Shown here in pieces: positions 50,815-64,000 of a stretch of DNA of 64,000 bases. Source of the stretch: Octopus vulgaris (lineage: Eukaryota); contig OX597823.1 in NCBI GenBank assembly GCA_951406725.2, positions 53,072,001 to 53,136,000 of the forward strand, written 5' to 3'. Made by a program: the position numbers and the translations under genes. The notes beneath the pieces are model-generated. The model worked only from the letters and a program-made list of their open reading frames with translations, made no database searches and was not told the origin of the DNA. Numbering within the stretch: position 1 is the first letter of the stretch; each line of letters opens with the position of its first letter.

Positions 50815-51325
50815 TACGGCGAACTGGCAGAGTCGTTACTACACCCGGCACATTTCTTCGCGGTATTTCGTCTGATTATTAATTAACAGTAATTATTTAA
50901 GGCGGTGAGCTGGCAGATTCGTTAGCACACCGGGCGAAATGCTTAGCGGTATTCTGTCTGTCGCTACGTTCTGCGTTCAAATTCCTCTGAGGTCGACTTT
51001 GCCTTTCATCCTTTCGGGGTCGTCTAAATAAGTGCCAGTTACGCACTGGGATCGATCTAATCGACTATCGCCCTCCCCAAACTTCAGGCCTTGTGCCTAT
51101 AGTAGAAAGGATTAATTAATAATAATTATTAATTAATAATAACTATTATTATTGTTAATATCAATATTATTCATTTCATCCACCTTTACGTTCTGAGATC
51201 AAATTGCACTGAGGATTCCGACTTTGCCTTCCATCCTTCCAGGATCAATAAAGCAAGTACCAGTTGAACACTGGGGTCTATGTAATCCTCCGAAAATTGC
51301 TAGCCTTGCACTAAAATTTGAAACT
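50815..51325 (+). mobile_element. Family C SINEs (partial head, full copy, headless body)
   Basis: Family C motifs. Confidence 0.87.
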
Positions 51326-52143
51326 AATATACCTCAATACATTTGTCTCCTTTCCCTAATAAATAAGTTTGATCCTTTAAATGTGCATGAATGAGTGGAT
51401 AAGTAAAATCTAAAATATTTCCATCGTTTACATATTTCGATAGCTCTATAGTTTGTTCGTCTTTGTAACATTTCAAGTTTTCCTGGAGATATTATAACGG
51501 ATTGATGTAATTAAGCTTCACACATACAAACAAATTTTGTTTAATAAATTAGTTTAGAATTGGGATCTTTTCCTTTTGATGGGCAACTCTATTAATTAAT
51601 TTTCTTTAACTAAACACTTTGAAACTTTGTATACTGGTAGAATGTGTCATATAGAACATCTTTTACCGTCGTAGGTGGGTTCCAAAGCATTTGGGCATGT
51701 GGTTGACGACTTGGTTGATCAGGTGCTGGTACAGAATTCTATAGGAATTCTATAGAGAAAAACTTAAAAGCGAAAGCATCAGACCGCTTATACAAGGTAT
51801 GCCACAAAGCAATATTCTTGGTAGGATATTATGATTGAAAAACAAAATAATGTGTCCTTGCCAGCGATGAATATGTACATACCAGTTGCTAAGAATGTAT
51901 TTAATATGTAAAATGGTCTATTCAATTGTGTTTCAGCACTAAACTTAGTGGCTGTTTAATCAATATGTTCACGAATACTTGATGGGTTGGATCTAGTACT
52001 GATGAATAAGAAATAGCTCCTGAAATACGCATACACATTCATTGCCCATTTTTTTCTATCTTCGATTGCATTGTTTGCATAGACGTATTTGAAACGTCGT
52101 AACTTGCAATATTGACTGAATTCTAAAGAAAATCAACAGAGAT

Positions 52144-52315
52144 AGGCGCAAGTGGCCATGTGGTAAGTAGCTTGCTAACTAACCACATGGTTCCGGGTTC
52201 AGTCCCACTGCGTGGCATCTTGGGCAAGTGTCTTCTGCTATAATCTCGGGCCGACCAAAGCCTTGTGAGTGGATTTGGTAGACGGAAACTGAAAGAAGCC
52301 TGTCGTATATATGTG

Positions 52316-52348
<33 letters not shown>

Positions 52349-52572
52349 ATATGTTTGTGTGTCTGTGTTTGTCCCTCTAACATTGCTTGACAACCGATGC
52401 TGGTGTGTTTACGTCCCCGTCACTTAGCGGTTTGGCAAAAACATACCAATAGAATAAGCACTGGACTTACAAAGAATAAGTCCCAGGGTCGATTTGCTCG
52501 ACTAAAGGCGGTGCTCCAGCATGGCCGCAGTCAAATGACTGAAACAAGTAAATGGGTAAAAAGAGTAAAGAG
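52144..52572 (+). mobile_element. SINE family B, full length
   Basis: Close match to the reverse complement of 9930-10341. Confidence 0.94.
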
Positions 52573-53239
52573 AGATAAACTTAAAAATTAGTATGTACTG
52601 CTGTATATAAAACAATATGTGCTGATATATGTAAGTTTATTAGTATATGTTGGTGTACGCAAAGGAAATACTATTCGAAAATAAACATAGTAGATAGATA
52701 ACCGTACCACTGTGTGCGCGCCACCGTAACACTCTAGCGCAAAATATGATTTAGATTTGGTTGCTACTTCTTGCAAATCCTAAACTTACATCGAAGCCCG
52801 AGGTTTCTCTTTTTAGACCAACTACTTGCTAGACATGTTTTTAAATTATGAAGTACGTGGTAATGGTATAGACAGTCCTCTTGTTACTGTACTTTGTCAA
52901 GAGCAAAAGAAAAGTAATACGCGCTGGTCGATTATTTGCCCTGAGACCCGATTATTGTTACAACAAATATACAAAACTATAGAAATTCAGCAAAAACATA
53001 TTTCTATGAAGGGAAGATAACAGAGAACAATAAGATATTGTTTTATTATCTCTCTTTTGTTTGCTTTAAGCAGACATCTAAGCTGTATGAATTCAGTGGT
53101 TTTGTAGTGCTGAGGAATTGGAGTATCTATGTATAATTGTATAATGACTGCTACAACACAAACCAGTTGTTTATTGATGGTAGTTCACAATGTCTAGCAG
53201 TGGAAACAAAACGGAAAATAGGGAAGTTCACCTAAAGAA

Positions 53240-53518
53240 TACATGTATATATATGTGTGTATATATATATGTATATATATGTATATATATACACGTATGT
53301 ATGTATGTATACGTATCCAAATATATATATACATACACACAAATATAAATATATATATATATATATAGGTATATATACATAGAGATACATAAATACGTAC
53401 ATACACACACACTCGTGCGAGCACGCACACACACATATGTATGTATGTGTGTGAGTGTGTGCATATATATATATATATACATATATATACATATACATAT
53501 ATATGCATAAACATATAC

Positions 53519-53570
<52 letters not shown>

Positions 53571-53598
53571 ATGTATATATACAGATATATGTATATAA
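53240..53598. repeat. TA/CA-rich microsatellite field
   Basis: Degenerate TA, TACA and CA runs. Confidence 0.93.
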
Positions 53599-54072
53599 AG
53601 TCATCAGCTATCTGAGTTGAAACAATTCTTTATTTTACTTACTTCTGAAAAGAACAAAGCTTGTTCTCTATTCTAGTCCTTTTGTCTCTCGGCAGTATCA
53701 TCTTCTTGGAAATCAAAGAATGTATTGTTTTTCCATGTGCCTTACATCTCACTGCTACTGCCACCAGTACCTCTTCCCTCTACTCTTTGTATTGTAGCTT
53801 AAGCCAGTCAATTCTTCTTTGCATACTTTCATTGTTTTTTTTTCTCCTCTCTTTATTGTATGCACATCTAGAAATGAATATAGTTAAAGCAACTGTTGGT
53901 GATATTAATATTATTGTTTCTGGATTGGAGGTTTTTAGTTACACGACTCCTTTACCTTCTGATTTCAGTTTCTGTCGGTGATTGAATGTACCTTTCTTAT
54001 TACTGAGATTGTTAGACTGACGTATTAATCAAGAACTGATCTATATATGATCCTTCTAATATAGGCATGTGG

Positions 54073-54600
54073 AAGGGCGGCGCGCTGGTTGAAACGTTAG
54101 CACGCCGGGCGAAATGCGTAGCCGTATTTCGTCTGCCGTTACGTTCTGAGTTCAAATTCCGCCGCGGTCGAATTTGCCTTTCATCCTTTCGGGATCGATA
54201 AAATAAGTACTAGTTACACCCTGGGGTTGATATAATCGACTTAATCCGTTTGTCTGTCCTTGTTTGTCCTCTCTGTGTTTAGCCCCTCGTGGGTAGTAAA
54301 GAAATAAGTACTTCGTCTGCCGTTACGTTGTGAGTTCAAATTCCGCCGATGTCGACTTTGCCTTTCATCCTTTCGGGAGCGATTAAATAAGTACCAGTTA
54401 CGCACTGGGGTCGATATAATCGACTTAATCCGTTTGTCTGTCCTTATTTGTCCACTCTCTGTTTAGCCCCTTGTGGACAGTAAAGAAATAAGAATCGTTA
54501 ACGCGCCGGTCTAAATGCATAACACCATTTCGCCCGTCTTTATGTTCCAAGTTAAAATTCCGCCCATAACTGCTGGGCTTGTACCAAAATTTGAAACCAA
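54073..54600 (+). mobile_element. SINE family C multimer (head, two 184-bp body units, further partial copy)
   Basis: Units start at 54124 and 54308. Confidence 0.92.
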
Positions 54601-55215
54601 TATCTATTTCTACTATTATAGCAGCATCTGTGCCAATCTATTAATAACCTATATACTCGAAGTAACTAAATATATTTCTCGATAGTTTCTTGCTTGAGCA
54701 GTAACACTTTGGGATTTCCCGCACCAATTTCCTTTGTAGACTAGAAACTAGAGACTCTGAAACAAGTGCTACCTTTTCCGGAATTAATATCCTTATGAAG
54801 AACAATTCCGCAATCTCAATGTGTAGTATAAAGTAGCGAGGTGGCAGAATCGTTAATATGCCGGCTAAAATGTCTAGGGGCACTTGGTCCGTCTTTACGT
54901 TCTGAGTTCAAATTCCGCTCAGGTAAACTTTGCCTTTCATCCTTCGGGATCGGTAAAATAAGTATTATTAAGCACTGGGATCGGTTTAATGAGCTTACCT
55001 CATCACCCGAAATTCGTGTGAAATCAGTATCATTGAAATCAGTATCATTGTATAATATAATATTAACAACAAAACTATCGTATGAAAAATAAAATCAAGA
55101 TCTCTAAACAAGTTCAGTACTAGAAGAAGAACTTTAATTGAGGACAACTTAAACCCACAAGAACACGAGATACAAAAGATTAACAGTTAGAATACGCATA
55201 AAACATATACATCTA

Positions 55216-55381
55216 TAGGCAGGTGTGTGACTGTGAGGTAACAAGTTTGCATACCAACCGTATAGTCCTGGGTTCAGTCTCACTGCGTGGTGCCTTGAGC
55301 GAGTGTCATCTACTATAGCGTTGGGCCGATCAAGCCCTTGTGAGTGGATTTTGTAGATGGAAATTGAAAGAAACCCTCCAT

Positions 55382-55434
<53 letters not shown>

Positions 55435-55630
55435 GTGTGTGTGTGACCACCGCTTGACTGCAAATGTCGGTGTGTTTATGTCTCCGTAACTTAGTGTTTC
55501 GGCAAAAAGTGCCGATAGAATAAGTATCAAGCCTTAAAAGAATGCTGGAGTCGATTTGTTCGACTAAAATTCTTCAAAATGCTACCCCATCATAGCCGAA
55601 GTCTAATGACTAAAACAAATAAATTATAAA
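55216..55630 (+). mobile_element. SINE family B, diverged
   Basis: Head, internal CA/TA tract and tail motifs. Confidence 0.87.
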
Positions 55631-56759
55631 AGGTTCATCATCAGCTGCCTAATAAATATTATGATTTGGAGTTTCTACAATAGGCACAAGGCAACCCAAG
55701 TGTCTAACGAGTACTTATTTTATCGACCCCGAAGGGATGAAAAGCAAAGTCGACCTCGGTAGAATTTTAACTCAGAACGTAAAAACGGGTGAAATATATA
55801 TTGCCAGTGTTGGATGATGAATCTTTGCTTGTCAGTTGAACAGACTCATTTTAAGAACAGTGATTTGGTTGAAGCATTAGAACTTAAAACATTTTCAAAT
55901 ATTTGCTCTGACGTTCTGCATTCTAAGTTCAAATCAAATTGAGATCAACTTGGGTTTTTGTCAATTTGATGTCAACAAAATAAAATACCAATACAGAGCT
56001 GTGAGTCAGTGGAATTGTAAAAGCGTCGAATGCAGTACATTCTGGTATTCGTTCCGGCTCTTTGTGTTCTGATTTCTTGGGTGGCAGGGTTAATCATTCA
56101 CACGATTTAGCATAACCACCCGATGCTTGGTTCCTTAAGCGGGGTTCCCTCTGTTACAAGTATATGAGTCAATTCTTTGAAGAACTTCATCTCACCAGTG
56201 CTGGGAGACTTTAAACAAAATAGAGGTCACTGGCGCTGTTCTTTCCCAAAGTAGTTTAAAAAAGCAGTTTCGTCGCAGGATGAGAGAGAGGTTGCCCTTC
56301 TTCGGAATAGAGCACGTGCCACATGTTTAAACTTAATCCATGGAAATCCTCGTACAGAGATAAAGATTCTACATATTTTTATTTAAAGAAAAATAATAAA
56401 AATATAAAATATATCAAATATAGAACTATAAAAATTGGGAAAAAATATGAACAAATAAGTACGTTCACCGATTGGTAAAACCACTTGTTATTACTTTTAT
56501 GTTGAAACTACTTCAAAATATTAAGTAAATATCTGCTAATTATAACATCTGATAAACAAGAGCAATGTCATAGGTCAAAGTAAATCGTAGCAAAGAAATG
56601 TGAAAGAAATTATCCTACATAATGCAAATACTCCGACTTCAATCCCGAAACTGACGTCATTTTCTTTATTTCTTTTTCCTCCCAGCCAGTAGGTTATATA
56701 AATATAGCGTGTATAGGGCACCGTGATTATGTGAACAAAGACGTTACTACCATTAGATA

Positions 56760-57450
56760 TTGCTTTCAAATTTTGGCACAAGGCCAGCGATTTGGGGAGA
56801 GGGGTTAAACCGATTACATCGACCCCAGTGCCCAACTGGTACTTATTTTATCGTACCCGAAAGGTTGAAAGGCAAAGTTAACCTCTGCGGCATTTGAACC
56901 CAGAGTGTAAAGACAAGGGAAATGCTGCTAAGCATTTTTCACAGCGTGCTAACGATTCTGCCAGATCGCCGTCTTACAACCATTAGATGTTGATTTCAAA
57001 TTTTGGCACAATGCCAGCAGGTTTAGTGAAGGAACGAAGTCGATTAATCGACACCAGTGATCAACTGGTACTTATTTTATTGATTCCGAAAGGACGAAAG
57101 GAAAAGTCGACCGCGCCGGAATTCGAACTCAGAACGTAAAAACAGACGAAATGCCGCTAAGCATTTTCCCTGATGTGCTAACGATTTTGCCAGCTCGCCG
57201 CTTCCTACCATTCGTTATTGAAATATTAAAAGCCCTTTCTGCTATAGGTACAAAGCCTGAAATTTTGGGCAAGAGGACTAGTTAACAATATGTATCCTAG
57301 CATTCAACAAGTGCTTACTTTATCGAACCGGAAGCTAAAAGGTAAAGTCGACCTTGGTGAATTTTTAACTCAGGACAAAAAGGGCCAGAAAAAATGCTAC
57401 TACGCATTTTGTCCGGCATGTTGACAACCATGCCAGCTCACCACCTTGAT
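56760..57450 (-). mobile_element. Three tandem family C SINEs
   Basis: Three successive copies at about 56760, 56992 and 57235. CCATTAGAT occurs before the first and second copies. Confidence 0.88.
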
Positions 57451-58032
57451 ACTGCAACATTAAAATAGCTATCATGAATGAAACCTTGGTAACGGTTTTG
57501 CAATAATTTGTTTAATAAAAGGAAAATACATAGGAATAGATGGCATATATACTATTCTACTTTGCATAAAACTTTAGCTATATCGGTACTTCTGGCTCTC
57601 ATTTTTTAAGTGTTCTGGCGTGTCAATATTTTAACAAAATTATAATGTTCCTCTGTAAATTAAAATCATACAATTTTTAATATTCAAATTTTATCCTTAG
57701 CTGCAATATTTCAAGTTGTATTAAGATAAATATATTTTGCTTTTAAAATAAATAAAAAAAGTTATTTAAATCTAAACTTGATTGGTGGCGTTACTTACTC
57801 TCCTATAACGTTGCTACAAATTTTGATGTAAACTTTTTTCTACGGGACCAAATCTCAATTTTTTATGTAGCTAGAGACCAGTCCTCTTCAAAAAAGTTAA
57901 CAGTTTTCAATTTGGTTAAGAATATGCGACAAGCTCTGAAAAATGCTGCGTGTCAGTAAATTGTGGCCTTAAGAATATTATTCAACTAATACCTTAGTTG
58001 ACTGGTATATATATATATATATATATATATAT

Positions 58033-58737
58033 ACAAAGAAGGGATAGATGATGAGGTGGTGTTTTCAAAGGGCTGGCATGTGAAACCTGATCACCTCTGC
58101 CGATCAAACGCCCAACCCATGCGCTCCCGTCGTGACACTGATTCCATCGAGGAAAAAGTGTTTTGTTGATATACGAGCAACACACACACCCGAACAGTTA
58201 TACGTACAAAAAACATGCAAAGGTGGCGTATTGCCTATCATCGGCGTGTGGTAGGCCTCCGCTTCCTCGACGAATTCTCACTATGCAGGATTTCTTATAT
58301 AGATTTTCAACAAAATACACCCCCACCACCCTGCCCTGTCCCTAGCCATATTCAGATGGCTTTAGTCCCTTATGTTATCGAGCAGTTACTGTCTATATCC
58401 CTTTTAGAGAATTATTATTGCTTTCGAACAGATTTTCGAAATCAGCAAATGTATTTTGCTTGAAAATCTATATAAGAAATCCTGCATAGTGAGAATTCGT
58501 CGAGGAAGCGGAGGCCTACCACACGCCGATGATAGGCAATACACCTTGAAACCATGGTCCGTGTGTGGTTTCCGCTTCATCGGGGAATTACCTCCCTTTG
58601 CAGGTTTAGGGCACCGTGACGGTGTCGAGCCTTTCTGGTGACGTCGATGTTCGCCTGGGGCTAAATGCAACAGTAACACCCCCACCACCCTGCCCTGTCC
58701 CTAGCCATATTCAGATGGCTTTAGTCCCTTATGTTAT
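58033..58737. mobile_element. Element in a TA tract with nested inverted and direct repeats
   Basis: Inverted repeat 58228-58318 / 58451-58542 and exact 62-bp direct repeat 58317-58378 / 58676-58737. Confidence 0.85.
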
Positions 58738-58790
58738 ATATATATATATATATATATACATATATGGGCAACACACACATACACACATAA

Positions 58791-58847
<57 letters not shown>

Positions 58848-59432
58848 CATGAAACATTAGACACTGTAGGAATATAATAGCCTGAATAGACAGGTTAGCC
58901 ATGTTATAATGCATTAGATTGTAACTCTGCATAATCACAGTCGAATTAGAATTAAACAAGAATAGTCCAAATGTTACAAAAGAATGAAAACAAGATGGCA
59001 TCTATCCTAATGCTTGTAAGAAAATAAAACGAGACTCCTTATTAATATTATTTTTTAGTTTATCTATTTCACCATTAAGTTTTTTTGTTGTTTTTGTTAG
59101 TCAAATTATCTCCAGCTAAAAGTGGAGAAGAGTAAGATATAAAACCTTCTTCGTTATGACGATATAGAAGGAGAATGACCTAAAATATATAAAGCACTAA
59201 CAAGCAGCTGCAGAATAGATTAAAATAATACATGGCTTCCACAAGGATTTAAAAAAATAAATAAACATGGGATTAGAGATACGTAACAATTCGAGAAGGA
59301 AAAAAAAAGAGTAAAGAGGAAAAAAGTAGTGGGTGCATATATACAAAGAAAGCATAATAAGATAGAGAAATAAAAGAATTATAACAGAAACATCCATATA
59401 AATATTTAGGAGAGAGTAAGTAAATACGACAG

Positions 59433-59918
59433 ATATGTGTGCGTGCGTTGTATGTGTGTGCGTATGTATGTATATATACGTATTTATCTATATGTATATG
59501 TGTGTGTGTGTGTATTTATGCATGTCTATATTTGTATGTATGCGTATATATATATGTATATTATACACGCATATGTATATATATATATATATATGTATAA
59601 ATGTGTATGCGTGTATATATATATATAAATATATGTAAGTATATATATACGTATTTATCTATGTGTATGTATCTGCATGTATATATATATATACGTATTG
59701 ATCTATACGTATATATATGTGTCTCTGTGTGTGTGTTTATGCATGTCTATATTTGTAAGTATGCGTATACATATATGAATATTATACACGCATATGTATA
59801 TATATATTTATATATATATGTATATATGTGTATGCTTGTATATATATAAATATACGTAAGTGTATATATACGTATTTATATATGTGTATGTATGTATGTA
59901 TGTGTGTGTGTGTGTGTA
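59433..59918. repeat. TA/TG microsatellite field with a higher-order duplication of about 220 bp
   Basis: TTTATGCATGTCTATATTTGTA to TTATACACGCATATG occurs at about 59515 and 59737. Confidence 0.9.
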
Positions 59919-60044
59919 ATTATGAACAAGACTCAGAGCACTAAAGGAAATATATAAGCCTACCAACCCTCTTATGCTTGTGTAATACATTATTTTCATT
60001 CCATTATCTTAGCGAAATAAATAATAAAAACAATTCTTTCTTAT

Positions 60045-60475
60045 TTTAGCACAGGACCAGCAATTTCGAAGGAGGAGGTAAGTCGATTATATTGACCCCA
60101 GTACTTAACTGGTACTTAGTTTAACGATCCCAAAAGGATGTAAAGTAAGATCGACTTCGACGGAAGTTGAACTCAGAACGTAAAAGCAGAGGAAATGGCG
60201 CAAAGCATTTTGCCCGGCGTGCTAACGATTCTGCCAGCTCGCCGCCTTGCGTAATAATGATCATAATGATTTCAAATTTTGACACAAGGCCTACAATTCC
60301 GGGAGTGGGGACAAGTTAGTTACTTCGACCCCAGTTCTTGACTGGTGCTTATTTTATTGATCCCGAGAGGTAAAATCGACATCAAGGAAATTTTAACTGA
60401 GATCGTAAAGACGGACGATTTGCCTCTGAGCATTTTGCCTGGCGTACTAACGATTCAACCAGCACGCCGCCTTAA
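60045..60475 (-). mobile_element. Two tandem family C SINEs
   Basis: Family C motifs. Confidence 0.87.
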
Positions 60476-60494
60476 TACTATTACTACTATAATG

Positions 60495-60545
<51 letters not shown>

Positions 60546-60546
<1 letters not shown>

Positions 60547-60745
60547 GAGCACTCAGAGAGCACAAACCTCTGTCAAGGCAACACCAGCATCCTTTCAACG
60601 ATTAGCAGATGATTTTTTTAAATGAGAATATCTGAAATAAACTCGATTGCTCTCACAAACGAAAATACTAAAAATGAACCCGACTGTTCTCAAAAATTAA
60701 GTAAAAAAAGATGGGGAAATAATCCAGAATCCTTGTCCGGTACCT
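60546..60745 (+). mobile_element. Unclassified interspersed repeat following (TAA)n
   Basis: Its AATAATCCAGAATCCTTGTCCGG motif recurs at about 61411-61430. Confidence 0.45.
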
Positions 60746-60749
60746 TATC

Positions 60750-61130
60750 GATCCGAGTGGTAGACATGGGATGTGAAGGTGGGTGTGCGAGCCGTGTTTG
60801 TAACGCCGTGTGTGTGCCGTCTGCAGTGGGGACAGGGACAGATTTCTCTATGAAGACTCTTTTTAGTCAATCCACTGATATAGTGACTTTACGACCATTG
60901 AGGTCTATAGAGAAAAATTTATCCGAGCGTGAAAGAAAATTGAAAGGACTTGCATACGATGCTGTTAACGGAGGTTTAACAACATCGTTGCGCACAAAAA
61001 CGTGAGTCCAAGAAGTAAAGCTTTCTTCTCAAGGTAGGGTTGGAAATGCAATTGTCAAGTAAGTAAGAGGTTTTAAACAGGAGCGACATATTCAAAGTTG
61101 CTAAAGCTAAACATGGTCGAGCATAAATCA
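60750..61130 (-). pseudogene. Ty3/Gypsy integrase C-terminal (GPY/F region) fragment
   Basis: WTHVFVRNDVVKPPLTASYASPFNFLSRSDKFFSIDLNGRKVTISVD*LKRVFIE. Confidence 0.85.
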
Positions 61131-62718
61131 AATTTGTTATTGTTACTGAATATGTTAATGTTATTTAATTTCTGAACGGTTTTGCTGCCGTTTGTTTGTG
61201 TAGTTTAATTTCTTTATCCATCAGTTTCTACTAAGATAGAGACGCGAGTAAAATTAATAATAGAGAAACGAAAATAAAACTTTGGAAATAGCAACGCTGC
61301 CATGGCGTACATGGAAACCATGAGCGTGCTTTCAAGGGAGATAATCAGAGAAAGACTTGAAAGTGAACGTAAGATCGTAATACTTCATGTAAAGTAAAGT
61401 AAATATAACAAATAATCCAAAATTCTTGTCCGATATCGGATCTATCCCAAAATATAATAAGTTCGTGCCAATCACAAGGACCAAAGAATGATCTCTGCAT
61501 GTTTTATTTAAAGCAGATTCGGTAACCAACGTTAACAGATATATTTCTGGTTTAACCAATTCCATTGTACTTGCTCCAAGTTCCCAAAGATATCTGTTGT
61601 CAATAACCTAAAGATGAGTCTTCGATGGGCCAATAAGAGACTTATGTATGGCCGTCCGATCTACAAGGAAAAGAAACAGATAGTTAAAACCTCCCTTTAA
61701 TCACACCCCACCAACTCACAGACCTGCGAGACGCTACTGCATTCGGAAAATAAAATAACGCAATGTAATCATAGATATACATAAAAACGAAAAAGGCCAT
61801 GGTTTACTAGATCAGCGCAGAATTAGATTTGACAGCAACACATTTTGATAGGTCAAGCAGAAAATATATTATATTATTTAATAAATTATAAATATAACAA
61901 TTATTTAATAGCCTGTTTGCGTTGTTGTTTATATAACACAGAGTAATATTAGAGATACCGATATGGGTCGGAAAATTTTGACTCAACTTCATAGATATAT
62001 TTGTGTACATGTGTATACGTATATTTATTTTATGTGCGTGAGTACGTAGGTATAAAATAACAAATTCAACATAAACAACAGTATATATAATATGATATAT
62101 AACGTATATTCGATCAAACATAATGCATATACAATAAAATACTACTTGATACATGTACCATAAAATACATAGCTAATAACACAAATCTTCCATCATAGTT
62201 CTTAGATAAAATAAATCTTGTTCTCCTTACTGCTGTCATTGTTATTTTATTCAATTAATTTTAACGTCAAAACCAAAATATTTGTAATATTTTAGTCATA
62301 ATGTGCAGACAAGCGTGACAGTATTAAAATCCATTTTGAAAATATTGGTACCACTGATATTTAACCATTTTGCTTTTCATTCACAAAATAAATTGGTGAG
62401 AATATACCATATAATGGATATATTTACTTGATTTCTTTTTCCTTTGTGTTTTAATTTAATTAATGGTCCGAAATTCTGTTTAAAGAGAGGAGCATTAGCC
62501 GGATATAGAGATTCTAATATATTCTGATAATTTTATAATCTTGTACTGGTTACATTCTTTGGATTTACTTCCACTTAAACAGAAATAAATAGCAGGTGTT
62601 GTTCGACTCTTTTGCTTCAATAACGCCAATACATACACACCACTACTAACTCCTAATAAATGTGTTAAGGGCTTCTTTCTTTCGTTTGTCCACTCACTCA
62701 TATATGTGTGTGTGTGTT

Positions 62719-62752
<34 letters not shown>

Positions 62753-62784
62753 TGTGTGTGTATGTGTGTGTGTGTATGTGTGTA

Positions 62785-63095
62785 CATACAAAAATGGGAC
62801 GAGAACGCAAAACATCCAGACACACGATACAAGGAAAACAAGGACGGATCATTCGGAGTTTTCTATCCTCAGTCGAGTTCCAGATTATCTTTGCAATTTC
62901 GGTTGGTTATTCTCAAGATTGCTCCAATCTGGACAGCCCCAAGGAAAAAAAGCTAAGAGCATTACATTCCTTGGAAGAAAGCAGCGAATGTATACGATAT
63001 AAGGAAAAAAAACAGAAATGTTATACAAATACAAATAACATGACATAACAACAGGTGTCATTAAACTAAGGACGAATTAAATTAAGCTGGCGTGT
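62785..63095 (-). mobile_element. Microsatellite-embedded repeat, possibly a Penelope-like pseudo-LTR
   Basis: Complex block of about 310 bp between TG tracts. Weak CTGAGGA-T-AGA-aaac-TCC-GAAT motif on the minus strand at about 62850-62872. Confidence 0.4.
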
Positions 63096-63157
63096 ATGAA
63101 AGTGTGTGTGTAAGTATGTATGTATGTATATATATATATACATACATACATACATGC

Positions 63158-63207
<50 letters not shown>

Positions 63208-63778
63208 TTAAAATCCAGCAAGTCAGAAATCAAGTGAGAAAAAACAAATACTTTTTAGTTTAAATCCAATTATATATTATAGGCTTAAAGAGTGCAAGCA
63301 TACATAATGTAATAAGGCAAGAAAAATTTACTGAGAATTACTTCCGTAGTGGTGGGGGGGGGTGGCAATTATTAATTCAATTACTGATTCTTGTCAAAAT
63401 ACACAAGGGAGACAAACTTTCCTGAATCCAATAAAAAATTTTTTTAAATATGTACTCTGTATTTTGTGTTTTCTTTATTACTTATATAATATTTCATATT
63501 TGCTACGTTTACACTATTTATTTCGTTATCTTATTTCCATAAACTTTTTGAATGGTTCTTAAGCTTCAGTGTTTTGCTGTCGTTTAGACAAGCTCAACCA
63601 AGCTCTGACCCTTATGTCTATGCATATAAAGGATTACATTGCTGAAAGTAGTACTCTTTTCCTTAATTCAAAGACAAGAGTGTGATTTGAGAGCAATTTG
63701 GCTTATATTTTTAGCAGATTGATTGGCTGGGTATAAGATCTCTCGACTGTATTCATCTATATATATAAACGTATTTAG

Positions 63779-64000
63779 TGGAGGCGCAATGACCCAATGG
63801 TTAGGGCAGCGGACTCGCAGTCATAGGATCGCGGTTTCGATTCCCAGACCGGGCGTTGTGAGTGTTTATTGAGCGAAAACACCTAAAACTCCACGAGCCT
63901 CCGGCAGGGGATGGTGGTGATCCCTGCTGTACTCTTTCACCACAACTTTCTCTCACTCTTACTTCCTGTTTCTGTTCTACCTGTAATTCAAAGGGCCGGC
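63779..64000 (+). mobile_element. SINE family A, cut by the window end
   Basis: Near-identical to 46956-47175. Confidence 0.95.

Noticed and set aside
51998-52022. CTGATGAATAAGAAA as a hammerhead (similar case at 7921)
   Set aside because: The flanking helices do not form, and such matches are expected by chance in AT-rich DNA.
53075-53092. ATCTAAGCTGTATGA resembling the miR-9 3' half
   Set aside because: The seed TCTTTGG is absent and no precursor hairpin is evident.
57780-57972. Possible Kolobok/piggyBac-type end (GTGGCC-TTAA)
   Set aside because: No matching opposite terminus was found, so support is insufficient.
58545-58590. CCGATGAAGCGGAAAC on the minus strand as a hammerhead
   Set aside because: No stem II and no convincing stem I.
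60622-61005. 127-aa plus-strand ORF
   Set aside because: It is the antisense shadow of the Gypsy integrase fragment fused to another repeat.

Overview
AT-rich eukaryotic DNA saturated with microsatellites and interspersed repeats. The SINE repertoire looks like a coleoid cephalopod (Octopus-like), judged by recognition only. I see no complete protein-coding gene, rRNA, true tRNA or CRISPR array, so the window reads as a large intron or intergenic region. Nearly all ORFs in the track are microsatellite or SINE artefacts. Contents: (1) at least four tRNA-derived SINE families, including a young one with intact target-site duplications; (2) decayed CR1/L2-group, RTE-like and Dong/R4-like LINEs; (3) mariner, Tc1/maT-like, Chapaev-like and hAT DNA-transposon fragments; (4) a Gypsy integrase fragment. 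The most interesting signals are short non-coding elements that sit in or beside microsatellites and carry minimal hammerhead-ribozyme cores (about 9060, 24200, 31965) or Penelope-like direct/inverted repeat architectures (21425-21723, 27000-28060, 58033-58737). Also notable are a SINE/LINE shared 3' hairpin with a compensatory base-pair change, and two phase-compatible candidate host exons (25111-25131 and 48186-48253). Coordinates and mismatch counts were read by eye; boundaries of decayed elements are approximate.
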